DNA of 64,000 nucleotides from a virus. The notes under the pieces are model-generated. The model was given only the letters and a program-made list of their open reading frames with translations. It made no database searches and was not told the origin of the DNA. Location: the IMG/VR virus record IMGVR_UViG_3300010366_000011, positions 29,038 to 93,037 of that record; one strand, written 5' to 3'. Positions 9,595-19,194 of the stretch are shown piece by piece (the stretch's first letter is position 1; the number at the start of each line of letters is the position of its first letter). Position numbers and translations under genes: made by a program.

Positions 9595-9888
9595 TCACGC
9601 CTCCTTGCAGGTGAACGCCTGCCCCGTCGTCGCCCCGACGATGGTGACCGGCTCCTGGATGATGTAGGAGGACTCCATGACGAACGAGGCCGGGTTCGCC
9701 GGGATGCGGATGCTGCCCTGCCCCTGAGTGGCCGGCGCCGTGAAGTTGATCCAGAGGTCCCCGGTCGAGAGGTTCTGGACGAACAGATAGGAGCGGTTGG
9801 CGTTGACCGGAGCAAGCTGCTGGGACGTTCCGCCCGTAGCGATCGTGCCGGACCGGTCGGTGGAGAGGAGGCCGAACGGGTTGGGCAT
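9595..9888 (-). CDS. Small beta-rich virion protein
   Basis: MPNPFG...NANRSYLFVQNLSTGDLWINF; AGGAGGAG SD. Confidence 0.6.
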   Translation of the reverse strand: MPNPFGLLSTDRSGTIATGGTSQQLAPVNANRSYLFVQNLSTGDLWINFTAPATQGQGSIRIPANPASFVMESSYIIQEPVTIVGATTGQAFTCKEA

Positions 9889-9899
9889 CGTCTCCTCCT

Positions 9900-10820
9900 T
9901 TACCGGACCCTGCGGTAGCGGTCCAGGGCGTCGGCCGCCAAGGTGAGGTTGTGCAACTCGGAATCCTCGGAGCCCTGCACCATGCGGCCCGACTGCATGG
10001 ACTCGAGCACGATCGCATCCGATCCCCGGGTGCGAATCAGCGCCGTGGTCAGGAAGATCACGGCCTGCTTGACCGCATCCGGTATGGCCGAGACCCCCAC
10101 CCCGGCGACATGGGGGTAGACCAGTGGGGGTGAGACCGTGATGGCGTTCCCCGCCACCCCCGTGACCAGCAGGCCCCGCTCCGTCGCCGCGGGCGTCCCC
10201 GTCGCCGAGTAGGTGCCGTCGTAGACCGTCAGGTGCGTTCCATTCGTGGCGTAGATCCCGGTGGGGTCCGCCACGGTGAGCACGCTGGCTCCGACACTGG
10301 TCGGGCTGGCGAGGATCGAGTTGGCGTAGCCGTTCACGTAGGTCCACTGGCAGAACAGCCGCTGGCCCGGTATGGTGATCGGGCCAAACTGCAGGGGGCC
10401 CTGGTTCGTGGTGGGCAGCCCGGCCACCGGCTGCGTCACCGTGAAGCCGTGCGTATCCACGAAGATTCCTGACAGGTCGGTGAGTGCCGAGACGGAGCTC
10501 GGCGTCGAGCCCGACCGGAAGTCCGTCACTGCAACGACAGGCCAGTTGCGCGGGTGGACGAATATCTCCCCCATGCGATTGACGCCGATCCGCTCGGTCT
10601 CCGTGTCGGTCGTCGCCCCGAGTACCTGATCGCAGAACCCGTCGGCGATTGACGACGCCCTGGCGATGATCTCCGCCAGCCTCGTGGCCTGCTCGAGGGC
10701 GGTGCCGCCGGGCATCAGGTTGCTCAGGTCAACGCCCGTGGGAGTTACCTGGTACTCGGCGACCGTGATGTAGGGCGCCGGGGAGTAGGGCGTACTCACT
10801 CCGACGACGGGCGTCGCCAT
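9900..10820 (-). CDS. Head-to-tail adaptor/connector
   Basis: IIARASSIADGFC...TYVNGY...IPDAVKQAVIFL...ALDRYRR gp6/gp15-like pattern. Confidence 0.7.
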   Translation of the reverse strand: MATPVVGVSTPYSPAPYITVAEYQVTPTGVDLSNLMPGGTALEQATRLAEIIARASSIADGFCDQVLGATTDTETERIGVNRMGEIFVHPRNWPVVAVTDFRSGSTPSSVSALTDLSGIFVDTHGFTVTQPVAGLPTTNQGPLQFGPITIPGQRLFCQWTYVNGYANSILASPTSVGASVLTVADPTGIYATNGTHLTVYDGTYSATGTPAATERGLLVTGVAGNAITVSPPLVYPHVAGVGVSAIPDAVKQAVIFLTTALIRTRGSDAIVLESMQSGRMVQGSEDSELHNLTLAADALDRYRRVR

Positions 10821-11294
10821 TCAGACCTCCTGCGGGTTGACGAAGAACTCCCATCGGGCCACGGCCGGCAGCGCCCCGGTTCCCACCGTCTTTCCTCCCC
10901 ACCGGCCCGACCGGTCGATGGTGAAGTCCCCGTGCCACACCCCGAGTGCGTCGCGGACCGCTGCCGGGCTTGTCGTGGTCCCGTCCTCCCGCAACGCGGT
11001 GAGCGTCACCGCCGTGGGGTCCCCCGGCGTCGTGACCGTGGACCCGTCGGCGTGCTGGACTGGTGCCATGATCCCCGTCCCCCGGGTGACGACCCAGGTC
11101 GTCGTTCCCTGACCACTCGTCACCAGCATGTCTTCGGCGTCGATGTGGATCGGGAAGCTTCCTGAGCCGGGGAACCCCGCCGCCGATGCCACCACGAGCG
11201 TCGTGGCCGTCGAGGAGATCGCACCCACCAGCACCGTGGCGAAGTAGAAGCGTGTCGTCACCCGCGCGACCGCCCCGATCTCGTAGGTGTTCAC
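10821..11294 (-). CDS. Virion structural protein (Ig-like)
   Basis: DPTAVTL...RDALGVWHGDFTIDRSGRW with an inserted Thr-rich domain. Confidence 0.6.
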   Translation of the reverse strand: MNTYEIGAVARVTTRFYFATVLVGAISSTATTLVVASAAGFPGSGSFPIHIDAEDMLVTSGQGTTTWVVTRGTGIMAPVQHADGSTVTTPGDPTAVTLTALREDGTTTSPAAVRDALGVWHGDFTIDRSGRWGGKTVGTGALPAVARWEFFVNPQEV

Positions 11295-13744
11295 GGTCCT
11301 CTCCCAGTCGAGTCAACAGGCGACGCTTCCCCAGGGGACCCGCTCGATGCCACCGCCGAGCCAACCGCTGTGTCAGTGGCTACCGATACGTAGGCAGGCC
11401 GGACAACCGCCGTGGCCGTTCCTGCGGGGATGCTGCTACCCCGGATGATTGAGCGCAGCAGGTTTACAGCGGTGGTGACCAACGCCTGCAGGCCACGAGG
11501 GAACCCGCGTGACACCTTCGCCCCCAGCGTTGCGCTGGCGCTCAGGGGTTTCGTGAACCCCTGGACGACCGAAACCCCGGCGGCCACCGACCCGCTCAGT
11601 ACTTTGGCCGGCAGACGCTGCACCGTCGGGGCCGTGCTGGCCGCGACGCTGAGACGCCTTGCTGCCTGCTTGACGACCTGGGTCGCCGTCGCCAGCGATG
11701 CTGCCAGGGTCGCCGAGAGGAACTTGCCAGCGCTGAGGGCCGCTGACGTGGTTACGCCAGCCGACAGGCTCCGGGCTTGCCCCTTGGTGACGCTCGGGGT
11801 CAGGGTTCCCGAGACCGCCATCCCTTTCGCCGTTGACCGGCCCAGCGCAGGTGACGTGGTGAGCGCTCCCGTAGCGACCTTGCCAATCTGGCGGACCTGG
11901 CCCGCCGCCGTCGCCAGCGATGCGGTGAGCGTGACGAGGCGTGCCCGGAGCGCCACCAGGGCCGGGCTCACCGTCACTGTCACCACCAGCGACCTCGATG
12001 GTGCCTTGGCCACCGCCGGTCCCGCCGTGACGCCTACGGCGGTCACCTTGCCCACCTGACGGCTCATGGCCGGCACCGTGGTTGCCTGGGCGCTCCGCGC
12101 CGTCTGGGCCTGCTTGCTCATGGTCACGGCGCTGGTCGCTGCCGCTACGAGAGAGGTGGCAAACCCTCTCGCCACCGAAGCCGCCGCGACGATGCTGGTT
12201 AGCACCCCCTTCCCGGCCTGCCGACTCACGGTGACTCCAGATGTCACCGCGGTGGCCAGTGGGTGCCCGGCCGACTTCGTGACCGCGGCTCCCGTGGACA
12301 CCGCTGCGCTCCGCCCCAGCCCGATCCCCCGAGCGAGAGCCGCAGTCATGGCAACTGAGGCGCTCAGGAGCTTCGCCAGGCCCCGGGCGCCCAGAACGGG
12401 AGCGGCGGTCACGGATGCGGTGAGACCCTTGCCTGGCTGGCGCCCGAGTGCTGTTGCCGTCGTCACGCCTGTGCTCACGGGGTGGCTCGCTGACTTCGTG
12501 ACTAATGGCCCGGCGCCTACCGAGGCTGCAAGAGATCTGCTCGCCTGACGGATGGCGCTGACCGAGAGCGAAGCGGCGACGGCAAGTGTCCTAGTCAGCC
12601 CCCGGGCCAGTGTGGCCGCCGATGTGACGCCCGGAGCGAACACCTTCCCGGCCTGGCGACTCAAGGATGGACCTGTTGAGACACCGGCGGTCAGAGGGTG
12701 GCTGGCAATAGACTTTGTCGCTACTGCCGTCAGCGTGGCTGCCACCGATCTGGCACTCGCCACTGCCCGGGCAAGAGATGGCAGGGCAGCAAGCGCCACG
12801 CTGCGCACAGCGCCCGTCGACCGCCCGATCGTCGGTACCGAGGTCAGGTTGGCTGTCCGGACCGCTCCGGCCTGTTTGGTCACCTGGGGAGAGGTACTTG
12901 TTGCCGCTGATCGGGCGGCCCCAGCACTCTTCACCAGCGAGGGCCCCATTGTGGCCCCCACAGACCGGCGAGCCCCTACCTGGCGCGCGAGCACCGGTGA
13001 AGCCGTGACGCTGGGAGTGAGGGTCTTGGTGAAGGTCTGCGCGCCGCCAGCGAGGATCTCCACCACGACCATGTTGTGTTTCACGCTCGGAGCGGTGTCG
13101 TTGATCGTTACGACCGTCCCCGAATTGGTCGTGTTGGCGTTCTGCATCTGCACCCAGAACGCCTCGGCGTCGGTGGAGTTGGTGAGCACCCCGGAGTTGC
13201 CGTTGATCGTGGAGGTCTGGGCGGTGCCCACGGTCGGGCCTGTGGCGTTGGTGTAGTTGTACACGACCCCGATCACCCGGCTCCCGGCCGCCGTGGTCGT
13301 AACCGATTTCGACGGCAGGGTGGCACTCGTCTGGGGATCTGTAGCCGTCGCGCCGTTCTGGGTGGTGGCGGCCCCCGTGAACACGATGGGCAGGATGAGG
13401 CTGTCGGGGTTCGCCGTCGCCCCGCTGTTCTGGGTGAAATTCGCCGTTACGGTCATGTTGGTCTGCGCCGAGGGGCACGAGGCGTACCACACCTCGCAGC
13501 TCCCTCCGACGTTGCCGGTCGAGAACGTGTTCGACCGAGCTCCCGTGATGAGCGCCCACGTGAGGTGACTGCCAAGGCTGTCCGTCATCGACGACACGGA
13601 CTGGGAACTGGTCGAAGGACCTCCGACACCCACACACACGACGATGACCGAGTTCGCCGGGGGACTGAAGGTGTTGGACGTGATCGAGGTCGCGGGGGCC
13701 ACGCCTTTGGCGGCCGGGGTCGACGCATCGATGGTGAGAGCCAC
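11291..13744 (-). CDS. Large virion protein with N-terminal beta domain and ~20-aa Ala/Thr/Ser/Arg repeats
   Basis: 817 aa; the C-terminal two-thirds is degenerate repeats (e.g. TKTLTPSVTASPVLARQVG, ARRSVGATMGPSLVKSAG). Confidence 0.7.
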   Translation of the reverse strand: MALTIDASTPAAKGVAPATSITSNTFSPPANSVIVVCVGVGGPSTSSQSVSSMTDSLGSHLTWALITGARSNTFSTGNVGGSCEVWYASCPSAQTNMTVTANFTQNSGATANPDSLILPIVFTGAATTQNGATATDPQTSATLPSKSVTTTAAGSRVIGVVYNYTNATGPTVGTAQTSTINGNSGVLTNSTDAEAFWVQMQNANTTNSGTVVTINDTAPSVKHNMVVVEILAGGAQTFTKTLTPSVTASPVLARQVGARRSVGATMGPSLVKSAGAARSAATSTSPQVTKQAGAVRTANLTSVPTIGRSTGAVRSVALAALPSLARAVASARSVAATLTAVATKSIASHPLTAGVSTGPSLSRQAGKVFAPGVTSAATLARGLTRTLAVAASLSVSAIRQASRSLAASVGAGPLVTKSASHPVSTGVTTATALGRQPGKGLTASVTAAPVLGARGLAKLLSASVAMTAALARGIGLGRSAAVSTGAAVTKSAGHPLATAVTSGVTVSRQAGKGVLTSIVAAASVARGFATSLVAAATSAVTMSKQAQTARSAQATTVPAMSRQVGKVTAVGVTAGPAVAKAPSRSLVVTVTVSPALVALRARLVTLTASLATAAGQVRQIGKVATGALTTSPALGRSTAKGMAVSGTLTPSVTKGQARSLSAGVTTSAALSAGKFLSATLAASLATATQVVKQAARRLSVAASTAPTVQRLPAKVLSGSVAAGVSVVQGFTKPLSASATLGAKVSRGFPRGLQALVTTAVNLLRSIIRGSSIPAGTATAVVRPAYVSVATDTAVGSAVASSGSPGEASPVDSTGRGP

Positions 13745-13853
13745 TGGTCAGGGCCCCCGGTGAAACGAGTCCCGGTCGGTGCCTTCAGGATCCGGTCGGT
13801 GAACCAGCCAATAAAGGAACCAGCGGAGTTTCCAGACGAGCGCGCTCATTTGA

Positions 13854-14501
13854 TTAAGAAACGCTAACGGTCCATGTGAAGCTGATCGAGTCACCGTTGT
13901 TCACATTGATCACCAGAAAGTCGGCCTTCGCGAGTAGCGATCCTCCGGTGATGCCCGTCTGGCCCGGGGGGTTGCCGGGAGCAACGTTGTCCGAGATGGC
14001 GATGGTGGCGATGGCCGAAGAACCGTTCTGCGCGCGCACGACCGTCAAGGCGGTGGTCCCGGACCCGGCGGTCACCTGCATGACCTCGGTGCGGATCTGG
14101 ATGTAGTTGTTGTTGCCAGGCGTGAAGGTCGCAGACGTGTTCAGGGTGGTAGCGGAACTGGACCCCACCACCCCACCGGCTGCCACTGTGGCCTGCGCCG
14201 GCTGGGTAGTGGAGTCGGAGAGAGCGGCCTCCGTGATGGCTCGGGTGGCCGTGGCCGTCATGGTCCCGGTGACCCGGTAGGAGTCGTTGGTCGTAGTCGT
14301 GGTCACCTGCGAACTGGTCCCGGTGACCCGGGCCTCGGCCGACTCCGTGAAGAGCGCCACATCGGTGTTCGCCGCCGCGTAGGCGTCCGCTGGGTCCAAA
14401 CCCCAGCAGAGGATCTTGGGCTCGGCCTGAGTGGGGGACGAACCGATCATGCGCCCCGTGAAGACCTCTCTGCCCTTTCGGGTCACGACGGTAGCGGCCA
14501 T
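13854..14501 (-). CDS. Virion structural protein
   Basis: MAATVVTRKGRE...ITEAAL...ADFLVINVNNGDSISFTWTVS, typical of tail-fibre N-terminal/baseplate-like domains. Confidence 0.65.
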   Translation of the reverse strand: MAATVVTRKGREVFTGRMIGSSPTQAEPKILCWGLDPADAYAAANTDVALFTESAEARVTGTSSQVTTTTTNDSYRVTGTMTATATRAITEAALSDSTTQPAQATVAAGGVVGSSSATTLNTSATFTPGNNNYIQIRTEVMQVTAGSGTTALTVVRAQNGSSAIATIAISDNVAPGNPPGQTGITGGSLLAKADFLVINVNNGDSISFTWTVSVS

Positions 14502-14504
14502 GGC

Positions 14505-14867
14505 TTACGATCCTTTCTCCCAGCCGCGCCGCCAGGCGTCGGCGATCTGAGCAAGCAGGCTGCGGTCAGCGGTCTCGGTGGGCTTGATCTCGGCGATAGG
14601 TGCCCCGCACCTCTTGCACGCGTCCCGCCGTGGGTCGTTGGTGTAGCCGCAGTTCGGGCAGGGACGCGTGAGACCGCTGAGCACGCCCATGTCGACCGTC
14701 ACGGGGTCTTGGGCAACCAGAGGCCGCCCGCAGCGGCACATCCCCGGCCGCCTAGGGTCTTCCGTCCCGAAGCCACAGTCCTCGCAGCGCGACCGCCTGG
14801 TGACCGCGACCTCAAGAGTGGCGAGCCACTTGGCCTCGGCGAGGGCACCTACCTCGCTCTCGCTCAT
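14505..14867 (-). CDS. Double zinc-ribbon protein
   Basis: CEDC..CRC and CPNC..CKRC. Confidence 0.55.
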   Translation of the reverse strand: MSESEVGALAEAKWLATLEVAVTRRSRCEDCGFGTEDPRRPGMCRCGRPLVAQDPVTVDMGVLSGLTRPCPNCGYTNDPRRDACKRCGAPIAEIKPTETADRSLLAQIADAWRRGWEKGS

Positions 14868-15274
14868 GCCAGCGATGGTGGAGGTACCTCTGGCTCACTC
14901 GGCGCGGGTGCCGATGCTTCCGTCGCCTGTGCCAGTTCGCCAAGGGGCAGCTCGCCCAGGTCGGCATGCACCCGGTCGATGTCGGAGAAAGCGATCAGGT
15001 GGTCGATCGGCTTGCCGGGCCCGAAGCCGATCCCCAGGTGGGTATCGATCAGGATGACCGGGTAGCCCGAGATGGTGCGGATGTGGCCGAGCGGGTGATG
15101 GGCCAGCACCGTCTCACCAACCGGATTGCCGTCGTCGTCCTTCCGGTCGTCCTTCACGGCTTCGCCAGCCTCGTTCAGCACTGGCGTGAGGTAATCCCGG
15201 AACGTCACCACCAGATGCCCGCTCGGGCCAGCCTCGTCGATCAGGCTCTGGACGAATGCCCTGTCAATGCTCAC
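14864..15274 (-). CDS. Hypothetical protein
   Basis: GTGA coupling; collinear. Confidence 0.55.
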   Translation of the reverse strand: MSIDRAFVQSLIDEAGPSGHLVVTFRDYLTPVLNEAGEAVKDDRKDDDGNPVGETVLAHHPLGHIRTISGYPVILIDTHLGIGFGPGKPIDHLIAFSDIDRVHADLGELPLGELAQATEASAPAPSEPEVPPPSLA

Positions 15275-15561
15275 TGGTTCATCGCCCGGGAGAGGTTCAC
15301 TGCCGACGGACGGTCGGCCTCGGTCGAGCCCTCGGGCAGCCACCCCAGAGCCTCTGCGCACGCCCGGCAGGTGATGAACCGGACCAGGCGGCCGTCCTCG
15401 GTGGCCTCCTCCACCTGGTGGGTGTGGCCGTCCGGACCCCCCACGCTCAGCACATCGGTCGCGTCGACAACCTGCTTTCCGTCCCGCACGATCAGCGGAC
15501 CGGACCTCTCCGCGATGTACCTCGTGGGGCGCTCGCTCTCAACTTTCGTCGGGGTGGGCAT
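15271..15561 (-). CDS. Hypothetical protein
   Basis: AAGGAG SD before MPTPTKV. Confidence 0.5.
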   Translation of the reverse strand: MPTPTKVESERPTRYIAERSGPLIVRDGKQVVDATDVLSVGGPDGHTHQVEEATEDGRLVRFITCRACAEALGWLPEGSTEADRPSAVNLSRAMNQ

Positions 15562-15832
15562 CGGTGTCTCCTTCCATTCGGTCACATCTCAGGCACTGGC
15601 GGCCATGGTTTCCTGGGAGGCGGCGCCACAGCCGGGCGCCACAGGGGCACTGGTGAGTCGAGCGCCGGGTGTAGGGATTGAGCGCCGCCCGGAAGCACCC
15701 GCCAGCGAGCATGATCCGCTCGTGCTCGCGGTTCTCCACGACGACCGCCCCGCCGCCGAACGGCTGGTGGTAGCGGGTGCCCCCGACCTCCATCTCGATC
15801 GCTCCCCTGTCGGGAGCCATGATGCGGGTCAT
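15539..15832 (-). CDS. Hypothetical protein with C-terminal Zn ribbon
   Basis: TGATG coupling; CPCG...CLRC. Confidence 0.55.
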   Translation of the reverse strand: MTRIMAPDRGAIEMEVGGTRYHQPFGGGAVVVENREHERIMLAGGCFRAALNPYTRRSTHQCPCGARLWRRLPGNHGRQCLRCDRMEGDTDAHPDES

Positions 15833-16362
15833 CAGAGCTGGAACCCATAGGCGTCGGCAGCGGCATTGGTGTTGCCTGAGCCTCCGGCCGGCAGCGTGAC
15901 CACGATGGCCGTGTTCACCGCGGACGCCGGGATGGGCTGGGAGAAGTGGACGCTGAGCGGGGATGCCCCGACCAGCACCCCAGCAGGGAAGGTGAAGATG
16001 AACGAGAGCGTCCCCGTGATGACCCCCGTCACGGTGGCAACGACGGGGAGACCCGCCGTGGCGCCCGAGGCGGTGAGGATGAACCCGTTGATGTAGGTCG
16101 TCTTCCCGGCCGCCGCAGCGAGCGTGGCGACCGCGCTGGCATTCGCCACATTGCCCGAGGACGCGGTGATTGGGGTACCGGTGGCCACCTGTGCCGCCAT
16201 CGTGGCGATAGTGCAGGTGCCGTCACCGTTGTCCGTGACCTTGTAGACGTTGCCGGCGGCGTCCGTCAGTGCGATGAGCGGAGAGTCGGGGGCACCGTTC
16301 TGGCCGGTGAGGAAACTGCCGATCAGGTTGCCTTCGGCCTTAACGCGTGAATTGAGGCCCAT
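15832..16362 (-). CDS. Putative head decoration/structural protein
   Basis: 176 aa Ala/Gly/Thr beta-rich; GGAGG SD; first collinear gene after the capsid gene. Confidence 0.55.
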   Translation of the reverse strand: MGLNSRVKAEGNLIGSFLTGQNGAPDSPLIALTDAAGNVYKVTDNGDGTCTIATMAAQVATGTPITASSGNVANASAVATLAAAAGKTTYINGFILTASGATAGLPVVATVTGVITGTLSFIFTFPAGVLVGASPLSVHFSQPIPASAVNTAIVVTLPAGGSGNTNAAADAYGFQL

Positions 16363-16529
16363 CTATGCCTCCTAAGGGAGAGGATCGAGCGGCGGTCACG
16401 AGAGTCAACGGAGCAGTCGGCGCCTGAGCGTTTGTGAAAGTTTCTTCACACTGCAAAACCAGCGCTAACTCTGTCGGTATCTCTTCGTAAACTTGGGATT
16501 ACCAACCTACGGAAAGGGACCGGGGAGAG

Positions 16530-17066
16530 ATGGACGCCGCATCGAAAGTGTGCACTGGCTGCGGCCAGGTCAAGCCCCTAACCGACTATGGGAAGCGGGC
16601 AGCATCGAGGGACGGCCTTCAATACAAGTGCAAGTCGTGCGTCTCAACCTACGGCGCCAGCTACTTTCAGCAGAACAGGGAACGGAAAGCGGAGTACCAG
16701 CGAGCATGGGTCGAGGCAAACCGAGACCGACACAATGCCAGAACTCGGCAGTGGTACGCGGAACATCCCGGTCGCCAGGTGATTGTCCACCGCAAGTGGC
16801 GCTACGGACTCAGCGAGGAGGAGTACAACCGCCTCTGGGAAGCTCAGGGAGGCACCTGTGCTATCTGCGGAGAACCGGATCCTGCACGTCACACGCTGAG
16901 CGTGGACCACGACCACGCCACAGGCGCGATCCGAGGTCTGCTCTGCACCAAACACAACTCAGCTCTCGGATTGCTCAACGATGACCTTGAACTGGTGGAG
17001 CGGGCAGCGGCCTACCTGCGCCGCTACGCCGCTCCACCAGCAACCATCAACGAAGCGGCGGGCTAA
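16530..17066 (+). CDS. Endonuclease VII-family (His-Me finger) putative free-standing homing endonuclease
   Basis: YGLSEEEY...QGGTCAIC...LSVDHDHATGAIRGLLCTKHNSALG EndoVII motif; N-terminal CTGC...CKSC; antisense to the surrounding operon. Confidence 0.88.
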   Translation: MDAASKVCTGCGQVKPLTDYGKRAASRDGLQYKCKSCVSTYGASYFQQNRERKAEYQRAWVEANRDRHNARTRQWYAEHPGRQVIVHRKWRYGLSEEEYNRLWEAQGGTCAICGEPDPARHTLSVDHDHATGAIRGLLCTKHNSALGLLNDDLELVERAAAYLRRYAAPPATINEAAG

Positions 17067-17194
17067 GTGTTCGCCGCTCCGTAAGTCGGTCTGATTCCTT
17101 GGATACTGCCTGAGAACAATGGGGCATACGCCGTGAGTGCTCCGAAAGCGTACGTGCTCACGTCCCAGGTGAACTGCACTGTCGGCCACGCGAT
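17063..17194 (-). CDS. Major capsid protein, exon 2
   Basis: IAWPTVQFTWDVSTYAFGALTAYAPLFSGSIQGIRPTYGAANT*; in frame with exon 1 after splicing; absent from the ORF track. Confidence 0.85.
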   Translation of the reverse strand: MAWPTVQFTWDVSTYAFGALTAYAPLFSGSIQGIRPTYGAANT

Positions 17195-17486
17195 CTGGAG
17201 GTTTGTTACCGCCAACGGCGGGGCCGGTCATTTCTGCCGGCCTCTCCCGGTCTCCCGGAAGCACGGACTATACCTTCGCCCCAGTGGGGCGCCCCGTGCC
17301 TAGTCTCTGAACCTTCCCGTCGAGCAATCCTCAGGCGGGCTCGGCTGCTGATTGCCCCTACCGGTGCGTTCTTGAACCGTCGCGCTCACCCTTTCGGATC
17401 ACGCTGTGGTCGCACCGTCTACCGGGGTGTCCCAGCAATTCTCGGGGTTTGTCATCCGCTTATTACTAAGCGGCGGAGCCTAGTGG
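17195..17486 (-). mobile_element. Group I self-splicing intron (292 nt, no internal ORF) in the major capsid gene
   Basis: Core motifs P AAUUGCUGGGACACCCC (17440-17424), Q AAUCAGCAGCC (17353-17343), R UUCAGAGACUAG (17311-17300), S AAGGUAUAGUCC (17276-17265). P1 GAGU^C-CACUA-GGCUC has a U.G pair at the 5' splice site. P2 has a GUAA loop and P9 a GAGA loop; terminal G at 17195. Confidence 0.92.
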
Positions 17487-19184
17487 ACTCATGTACTCCT
17501 GAACCGCGGTCCACTCCCATGCCGAGGGGATCTGCGAGTTCGGCACCGGGAGCGCCCACGTGAGGATCATGGCGTTGCCCGGCGGCATGTACGGGTGGAC
17601 CCGGATGTCCACCATGCGCCTCGTGGGAGACGACTGGTTCGTAATCCCCGTCACGATGGCGCCGATCATGGCGTCGTTGGTCTGGCCGGCGGGGAACGTG
17701 ATCCGGTAGCTCGAGCCCGACGGGTTGATCTTGATCAGGTCGCTGAGCTGCGACGAGTCACGTGCCGCCATCCACAGGTCTTCGGGGTCGGCGTATGTCT
17801 TCTCCCAGAGCTGCAGGAAGGCGTTCTGGAACTCGACGCCCGGGTTGCCGCTGGAGAGAGCGGCGTTCAGCCTGGTGTTGTACCCCCCCCGGGTACCATC
17901 GGAGACGATCGACATCATGCCGTCGCAGTCCGAGGCCGAGGCCGACGTGTCGCCACCGGTGGGCACCTTGGCCGTGGCCGTGAGCAGCGACGTCACACCA
18001 CCTGCGCCGATGGTGAAGGTGTTCCAGCCGGTCCTGCCCTGAAGGGCCCTCGTGGCGTCGCCCGGGTCCGCGCCTCCGGCGTTGGCCAGGTTGGCATAGA
18101 CGTTGTATCCCAGTGCTCCCTGGGCGTCGGTGCCGACCTTGACATCAATGACCTGGGTGACGCCGTTGGCGATGTTCACGGTGACGAGGGAAGACGGGAC
18201 CGACTCGCCGAACTCGGCCTGGCTCGTGACCTTGATGTAGACGTTCGTGCCTCCGGAGCCGGATCCGGTGATCCCGCCTTCCCCGGTGGCCGGGGCTCTC
18301 CCGGTACCGGTGACGGTCCCCGGAGCCGCAAGGGCACCCGAGCCACCGGAGTCCGTCGTGCGGCCGGCGAGGATCATGCGCTCGTCGGCGATCATGTGGG
18401 CGGTGAGCAGGACATATTGGCTCAACTGCCTGATGTCCTGGAATCCCTGGCCAGCGAATTGCGCCTCCCACGACACTTGATCCGACCAGGAGAATTGCTT
18501 GTAAGTTACTGTTTGGTCGTCGACAGTGTACGAAATCTTGGGTCCACGGATCAGGTAGAGGTTCTGCGCCGCACCCAAGTTGAAGTTGGTTTGGGTCACC
18601 TCGGTGATCCCGTGCCGTGTCGCCGCTCCGGCGGTGCCGATGCCCGAGCCCGTGAACCCGGTGATCCGCTTGAACCGGCGCACCAGGCCCTGGCCGGGCT
18701 GGCGAGGCAGGCGATTCCGAAGAGGGGAGAAGGTGGGCACGATGTACTTGGCCGGAGCCTCAAGGTCGAATGGGACCAGGCCCGTGCCCAGAGGCGACGT
18801 GGTCGTGATGTCCTTCATGACCTCGGCCTGCGCCGCCCGGTACGCGGTGATCTGCGCCTGCACGGATGCCAGAACCTCGGCACTGGTCCCCTTGAATATC
18901 TGGCCGATCAGGGGGTCCGAGGCGAACTGCGTGTAGATGTCTGCGGCGTTGGTCTTCTCGATCAGGCGTCCCTCGGCGAGGACCCGCCGCGTGCTGGGCT
19001 CGAGGTTCCAGCCGGTCTTCAGCCGGGTCTCTCCCGCCAGTGTGGAGCGGAACGAGTCGTCGATTGCCGTCTTGAACGCCTCGAAGCGTGCTGCCAGGGC
19101 CCGTGGGTCGGGCCTACCCAGAGAGTCGTGCCCGTAGTTCTCTACGAGGTCGCCCCCCAGGTCCTTCTCCAGATTCACTCCCAT
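17487..19184 (-). CDS. Major capsid protein, exon 1 (spliced product ~609 aa)
   Basis: Follows the protease; PFDLEAPAKYIVPTFSPLRNRLPR...; FN3/Ig-like insertion. The unspliced ORF ends at QEYMS-PLGSAA* inside the intron. Confidence 0.9.
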
Positions 19185-19194
19185 GTCTTGTCCT

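Noticed and set aside
16530-17066. Intron-encoded homing endonuclease
   Set aside because: The gene lies beyond exon 2 and on the opposite strand, so it is free-standing.
17466-17486. Capsid C-terminus PLGSAA* as given in the ORF track
   Set aside because: These codons are intron P1/P2 sequence; the true C-terminus is in exon 2.
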